From a virus (Duplodnaviria > Heunggongvirae > Uroviricota > Caudoviricetes): a DNA stretch of 10,814 nucleotides. Positions 6,187 to 10,814 of the stretch are shown one piece after another. The stretch's first letter is position 1; each line of letters starts with the position of its first letter. The position numbers and the translations under genes were made by a program. The notes below the pieces were generated by a model. That model saw nothing but the letters and a program-made list of their open reading frames with translations, had not been told where the DNA came from and searched no databases. The DNA is taken from IMG/VR virus record IMGVR_UViG_3300020049_013266, positions 1 to 10,814 of that record. One strand, written 5' to 3'.

Positions 6187-6220
6187 ATTAAACGAAGACA
6201 AACGTTTGTTGTCGTTTAAT
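6187..6220. promoter_or_regulatory. 34-bp near-perfect palindrome, candidate operator overlapping a promoter -33 element
   Basis: ATTAAACGAAGACAAAC|GTTTGTTGTCGTTTAAT: 15 of 17 positions pair, with no spacer loop. The stem is AT-rich and there is no + strand U-tract. Confidence 0.6.
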
Positions 6221-6234
6221 AATTCATAAATTTG
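6205..6234 (+). promoter_or_regulatory. Candidate Bacteroidota promoter TTTG-N18-TAAATTTG upstream of the structural/terminase/portal genes
   Basis: -33 TTTG at 6205-6208 and -7 TAAATTTG at 6227-6234. It lies 31 nt before ATG 6266, which has an A-rich, SD-less leader. Confidence 0.6.
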
Positions 6235-6265
6235 AACTTATTTAAAGAACTTAAAAAAAACTATT

Positions 6266-7036
6266 ATGCCAACTCCAAAATATATTTTTACGTCTGCTAA
6301 TGGGCAGTTAATAGCCACGTTAGATAATGCTCTTTCTGATTTTGAAAACTCTGAAATACTTGAATATAGAGCACCATCGGTACACCTTTACAATCCTATA
6401 GTATCTGGGCAAACAAAAAAAATACACTTGTTTGATTTTGGGGAATATGAAAGAGAATTTTTGTTTGAAAACATAAAAACTATTGGAGGAGCTACCCCTT
6501 CCGACATATCAAATGCCTACACTCTTTTACAGGCATTAATTCCTATTCCTTACAGTAGTGCCATGACACAGTCTGGTACATGGACGGTTCAAGTAGGAAA
6601 TACCCCAAATACTACCCCGATTTTAGCAAATCACCTTACCCCTGTTGTTAGTACAACCGGAGATACTGGAGCAAAAACAGCTACAGGAAATGGAGCTACA
6701 CAAACAAATGTAAGTGCAAAAGGAGCTTTAGTAGTTGTGAATTTAGGTACTGTAACAGGAACTACTCCTACAGCTGTATTTAAGTTACAAGGATCGGCAG
6801 ACTCCGGAACAACATGGGTTGATCTTCCTGGAGCCGCAACAGCAACATTAACAGCTACGGGCGTGTACGCAATAGAAGTTTTTCCTGGCATAACCACAGC
6901 TGCCGGAGTAGCAACATCAGGAAACATTGCTACATCAAGTACAGCGCTTCCAAGAACATGGAGAGTTGTATGGACATTGGGAGGAACCACGCCATCATTT
7001 ACCATAACAAATATTCAAGTGAATTATATCTTATAA
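6266..7036 (+). CDS. Putative virion structural or decoration protein (two-part; C-terminal Thr/Gly/Ala-rich beta-sandwich)
   Basis: The C-terminal about 130 aa (LVVVNLGTVTGTTPTAVFKLQGSADSGTTWVDLPGA...LPRTWRVVWTLGGTTPSFT) is a jelly-roll-like pattern I associate with phage minor capsid or cement proteins. The N-terminal about 95 aa is unrelated in composition. Confidence 0.5.
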   Translation: MPTPKYIFTSANGQLIATLDNALSDFENSEILEYRAPSVHLYNPIVSGQTKKIHLFDFGEYEREFLFENIKTIGGATPSDISNAYTLLQALIPIPYSSAMTQSGTWTVQVGNTPNTTPILANHLTPVVSTTGDTGAKTATGNGATQTNVSAKGALVVVNLGTVTGTTPTAVFKLQGSADSGTTWVDLPGAATATLTATGVYAIEVFPGITTAAGVATSGNIATSSTALPRTWRVVWTLGGTTPSFTITNIQVNYIL

Positions 7037-7049
7037 TTCTAATAACACA

Positions 7050-9710
7050 ATGCGAGGACTTTCCGAAGAAATAGAATATGCTATTCAAAATGCATTAACA
7101 GGAATGGCGCTTAGCGTTGATATTCTGGAAGTTGATGATGAAAAGCTGTCTAGCTTGGTGAAGTCTAGAATCGACTCTTTTTCCGCTATAAAAGAACTGC
7201 TTGTAACATGGCAAAATAGTCCTAATGCCCCTTCTCACGATAAACTAAAAGGATATATCGTGGATTTGGTAGGAGCTGGAGAAAATTCAATTGAAGTTCT
7301 TCGAAAAGCATTAAAAAAGAAAATTGACTTTAAGGAATTAGAAGCTGAGAAATACGGAAACGCTATTCGATCAAAGCCGATTATATTAAAGGCAATTACT
7401 GATATTAATGCTGGTAATATTGAGTTGAAAAAGCAAATAGAAGCAGATAAATTTGATTTACAAGAAAGGGAATTTAAAAGAGGATACCCTGAAAAATTTG
7501 CAAATCAAGAATTTTACCCGTTAAAAAACTACCATAAAGAATGGTATGACAAAGGCTCTGATAGTGTAATGATTTGCCCACTGGGTACAAAAGGAGAAGT
7601 CGTTGTTCTTGATGGTTTAAATATTATGCTGCCTAAAAAACCAAGAAGAAAAGACATTCTTTTTGAAAAATATCCAAAAGAACAACAATATTGGAGAAGA
7701 ACAGAGATGCCTAACGGACTAACTCCAGATACGGAATCCGCTTTTACTGATTTCATCCTACAAGAGTTTAAAAGAAGAAGAGAAGGAGTTTGGTTTATGA
7801 ATAATGGAGAAGCTGTTTATTTAACAGGATCACATTATTTTGCATTAAATTGGTGCATCTTAAAAGATGAACGATTTGTTGGTTACATGGGGTATAGAGA
7901 AGCCCAGAAACTAATGTTTTACCATACAGAAGCTTGTGTTTTAGATCAAAGATGTATAGGTCAGTTTTTTGTAAAATCTAGAAGGACTGGATATACTTAT
8001 GAAAAATTATTCAGAATGCTAAATGAATTTACATCCACAAATAAAGCAAATTTTGGATTAACTTCTAAGTCTGATGAAGATGCTAAAAAAGCATTCAAAA
8101 AACTTTCTTATGCTTTTCTTAATTTACCTTTTTTCTTTAGACCAATAGTTAAAGGAAAAGAAGATAGTGATGTTAGAATTGAATTCGCAAAACCATCTAA
8201 CAATTCTAATGCATCTAAAAAAAATAGAGACACGAGCACAAAAGATTATCTGAACTCAACATTTGATTATGAGCCAACAAAAGAAGATGCGTATGATGGA
8301 CAAGCAATGTTCAGATATCTTGCCGATGAAGCTTCTAAATGGAAAAGAGGATTAAATTTTCTTAAACACTGGGGAGAGGTAGGCCCAACTATGGACGAAG
8401 GTGGTGATATTGTTGGAAAAGCTTTTGTAGGCTCAACAGTTGCAGCCATGAAGGATGGCGGAGAGGCGTTTTTAGAGCTTCACAAACAATCTTTAGTTAA
8501 GTCAAGAGACAAAATTACTGAAAGAACTCCAAGCGGGCTTTATGCTTATTTTTTACCAGCCCACAAAAACATGGCTGATTATACAGATAAATATGGAGTT
8601 TGTCACGAACACGTTGTTCCTGGAGAAAGCTTCATAAATACAAAAGGGAAAATTAAGACAATTGGGTCTGTACAGTTCTTGGAGGCTAAAAGATCTGCAA
8701 AAAAGAAAGAAGGAGATGTAGATTATAATAACGAACTTAGAGCGTTTCCTATGACTCTAAAGGATGCTTTTCGCGATGAGATAACATCTACAATATTCAA
8801 TATTGAAAAAATAAATGAACAGTTAGATTTTAATGAGACGTATGATGTAAGGAAAAAACTTGTTAGAGGAAATTTTTCATGGGAAAACAATAATCCTGAT
8901 ACCCGAGTTATTTGGACTCCAACTGAAAAAGGGCGGTTTCTAGTTGGTTGGATTCCTCCTCCAGAAATGCAAAACAAATGGATAGAAAAAAGAAATGAAT
9001 TTGGATTTGTATGTAAGCATCCATTAAATGACGATTTAGGTGCTTTTGGAGTAGACACTTATGATCAAGACTCTACTCAGGGAAGTAAATTAGAAAACAC
9101 GGAAAATGGGTCAGAACACACTGGAGGATCAAAAGGAGCTATGCTAGGACTTACAGGAACTACTCTTAAGGATGCTCCAAGCAATTATTTCTTCCTAGAA
9201 TATGTCACTAGACCTCAAACTGCGGAGATATTTTTTGAAGATTGTTTGATGGCTTGTGTATTCTATGGAATGCCCGCACTTATTGAAAACAATAAAATTA
9301 GATTTTTATTGCATTTTAGAAATAGAGGCTATAGAGGATTTTCTATAAATCGATTTGACAAGGCAATGAGTAAGCTTTCGCAGACAGAGAGAGACTTGGG
9401 AGGTATACCTAGTTCAGGAGAGGAAATGATAACAACACACTGGACCGGTATAGAAAGCTACATTGACAAATATGTAGGTTATTATGCGCAAGGTCAAAAT
9501 ACTTTTCCTGTTAGAGAAGAAGGGGAAATGGGCAGTATGGATTTCGAAAGAACTTTAAGGGACTGGTCTCAATTTAATGTTGCAAAAAGAACTAACTTTG
9601 ATGCGACCATTGCTTCCGGATATGCAATTATGGCGGTAAACAGAAGACCATACTTAGCTCCATCTGGACCAAAAAAACCAGTACAAATAAAATTCGCAAC
9701 ATATCGATAA
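7050..9710 (+). CDS. terL: Terminase large subunit with an extended helical N-terminus (possible fused small subunit)
   Basis: Adenine-binding-type YREAQ, Walker A VKSRRTGYT (aa 308-316), Walker B YLADEASKW, coupling motif FVGST, and RNase H-like nuclease acidic motifs FGVDTYD and NFDATIASG. It is directly followed by a portal-like gene. Confidence 0.92.
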   Translation: MRGLSEEIEYAIQNALTGMALSVDILEVDDEKLSSLVKSRIDSFSAIKELLVTWQNSPNAPSHDKLKGYIVDLVGAGENSIEVLRKALKKKIDFKELEAEKYGNAIRSKPIILKAITDINAGNIELKKQIEADKFDLQEREFKRGYPEKFANQEFYPLKNYHKEWYDKGSDSVMICPLGTKGEVVVLDGLNIMLPKKPRRKDILFEKYPKEQQYWRRTEMPNGLTPDTESAFTDFILQEFKRRREGVWFMNNGEAVYLTGSHYFALNWCILKDERFVGYMGYREAQKLMFYHTEACVLDQRCIGQFFVKSRRTGYTYEKLFRMLNEFTSTNKANFGLTSKSDEDAKKAFKKLSYAFLNLPFFFRPIVKGKEDSDVRIEFAKPSNNSNASKKNRDTSTKDYLNSTFDYEPTKEDAYDGQAMFRYLADEASKWKRGLNFLKHWGEVGPTMDEGGDIVGKAFVGSTVAAMKDGGEAFLELHKQSLVKSRDKITERTPSGLYAYFLPAHKNMADYTDKYGVCHEHVVPGESFINTKGKIKTIGSVQFLEAKRSAKKKEGDVDYNNELRAFPMTLKDAFRDEITSTIFNIEKINEQLDFNETYDVRKKLVRGNFSWENNNPDTRVIWTPTEKGRFLVGWIPPPEMQNKWIEKRNEFGFVCKHPLNDDLGAFGVDTYDQDSTQGSKLENTENGSEHTGGSKGAMLGLTGTTLKDAPSNYFFLEYVTRPQTAEIFFEDCLMACVFYGMPALIENNKIRFLLHFRNRGYRGFSINRFDKAMSKLSQTERDLGGIPSSGEEMITTHWTGIESYIDKYVGYYAQGQNTFPVREEGEMGSMDFERTLRDWSQFNVAKRTNFDATIASGYAIMAVNRRPYLAPSGPKKPVQIKFATYR

Positions 9711-9713
9711 GAC

Positions 9714-10814
9714 ATGACAGAAGATAGTAAATTTAAAATATCGCAAAACATAGCTCCTCCAAGTCAATTAGATAGCTTTGTGACTAAATCATCTCGTGAG
9801 TTCGGGAAAGCTGTTGGGAATATGATTTATTCTGAATGGTTCTATAAAGGAAGTGGGAGATGTAGGTTTTATGCCAATAGAACAGAATTTTTCGAGAGAA
9901 GAATATATGCCAATGGGAAGGTTAATATGGAGAAGTATTATGCTAAATTAGGTACTAATGGAGATGTATCTTTGCTTAATTTGAGCAAAAAATCTCTTTC
10001 TACAATGCCTAAAATAGTAGATTTGGTAGTTAACGGAATGGTAAACAGACCTTATTCAGTGGTAGCCAAAGCTATTGATCCTACTTCGCAGGATGAAAAA
10101 AGGTCATATCGACAAAAGATTGAGAAAGAAAGAAACGCAATTCCTATTACTCAAAAAATAAAAGCGGAAACCGGTATAGATGTTAGCGAAATGACTATTG
10201 ACGAAATTCCGCAAACAAAAGAAGAATTGGATATCCACATGCAAATGGATTGGAAGCCATCAAACTGCCTTTCCAATCAATTAGCTATCGCTGCGGTAAT
10301 GAGCGAGAATGAGTATAATCTTATTGTAGACAGGCAAATTAAGAGAGATTTGGTTGTGGATGGTGTTGCCTGGAACCGAACAAGACTAAATCCGGCAAAA
10401 GGAATTATAATTGAGCGAGTTGATCCGGCCGACATGATTTATTCCCAAACGAAAGATCCTTACTTTAGAGACTGTTTCTATAAAGGCCATGTAAAAACTG
10501 TTTTGATTAGCGATATATTCGTTGAATATCCGGAATTGCTATCTTCTGAAAATGCAGAAGTGAAAAAAGAAATAGAACTTTCTGGGCAAAATTGGTACAA
10601 CATGCATGAATTGTCTGCGTCAGATAATTTAAAAGGGACAACAAACTTACTTTATTACACGTATAAAACTTTCAGAGAAAGAGCATCTAAAGTAAAAAAG
10701 AAATCCAATGGTGAAACTATTATAGATGAAGCCGATGAAGTTTTCGATGCAACAAAACAAAATAAAAAAGACAAGTACATAAGAAACTCTGTTGTAGAGG
10801 AAGTTTTGTTTGAA
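9714..10814 (+). CDS. Portal protein (partial, 367 codons, runs off the window); not in the ORF track
   Basis: Translated by hand with no stop: MTEDSKFKISQNIAPPSQLD...EWFYK...NGDVSLLNLSKKSLSTMPKIVDLVVNGM...EELDIHMQMDWK...ERVDPADMIYS...PYFRDCFYKGHVK. It starts 3 nt after the terL stop. Motifs resemble, from recollection, portals of Flavobacteriia-type phages. Confidence 0.82.
   Translation, partial: MTEDSKFKISQNIAPPSQLDSFVTKSSREFGKAVGNMIYSEWFYKGSGRCRFYANRTEFFERRIYANGKVNMEKYYAKLGTNGDVSLLNLSKKSLSTMPKIVDLVVNGMVNRPYSVVAKAIDPTSQDEKRSYRQKIEKERNAIPITQKIKAETGIDVSEMTIDEIPQTKEELDIHMQMDWKPSNCLSNQLAIAAVMSENEYNLIVDRQIKRDLVVDGVAWNRTRLNPAKGIIIERVDPADMIYSQTKDPYFRDCFYKGHVKTVLISDIFVEYPELLSSENAEVKKEIELSGQNWYNMHELSASDNLKGTTNLLYYTYKTFRERASKVKKKSNGETIIDEADEVFDATKQNKKDKYIRNSVVEEVLFE

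Noticed and set aside
6187-6220. Palindrome as a Rho-independent terminator
   Set aside because: The stem is AT-rich and loopless, and there is no U-tract on the + strand (only a weak TTGTTT on the - strand). Kept as an operator candidate instead, though a terminator role is not excluded.
6631-7005. 124-aa reverse ORF rich in Val/Ala/Pro
   Set aside because: It mirrors the Thr/Ala/Gly codons of the + strand domain, where locally higher GC reduces antisense stops.
7050-9710. Intein or homing endonuclease as the explanation for the long terminase
   Set aside because: No C/S...HN-C/S/T splice junctions or LAGLIDADG/HNH motifs were seen. The extra length is at the N-terminus, not inserted in a motif.
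7529-9751. Reverse ORFs inside terL (7529..7756, 8267..8449, 8723..9058, 9569..9751)
   Set aside because: Short antisense shadows of a conserved terminase, with no independent evidence.
1-10814. Stop-codon reassignment (as in some Bacteroidota phages), CRISPR arrays, tRNAs, integrase or att sites
   Set aside because: Genes tile the window under the standard code and TAA, TAG and TGA all act as stops. No spaced direct repeats, cloverleaf or recombinase were seen.

Overview
The window is an AT-rich, densely packed late-gene region of a tailed dsDNA phage or prophage, with every credible gene on the + strand. The host is most likely in Bacteroidota (Flavobacteriia-like): starts lack Shine-Dalgarno motifs, both long intergenic gaps carry a TAnnTTTG -7 promoter box, and the terminase, portal and GroES-like proteins resemble, from memory rather than a search, those of Flavobacteriia-type phages. 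Gene order is: lysis cassette (three membrane proteins, two micro-ORFs missed by the ORF track, a GH24 endolysin, a spanin candidate); two modular tail-appendage proteins with shared N- and C-terminal modules; two small hypothetical genes; a tandem double-GroES co-chaperonin; a chimeric structural protein; an 886-aa large terminase with an extra, internally duplicated helical N-terminus (candidate TerS-TerL fusion); and a portal gene running off the right edge, also missing from the track. The best leads are the TerS-like/TerL fusion, the Cpn20-like tandem GroES, a shared dyad (operator-like) motif in both promoter regions, a possible atypical one-piece spanin, and ATGA-coupled micro-ORFs plus homopolymer tracts placed to fuse lysis genes. 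I saw no CRISPR array, tRNA, integrase, intein or reverse transcriptase. All reverse-strand ORFs look like shadows.
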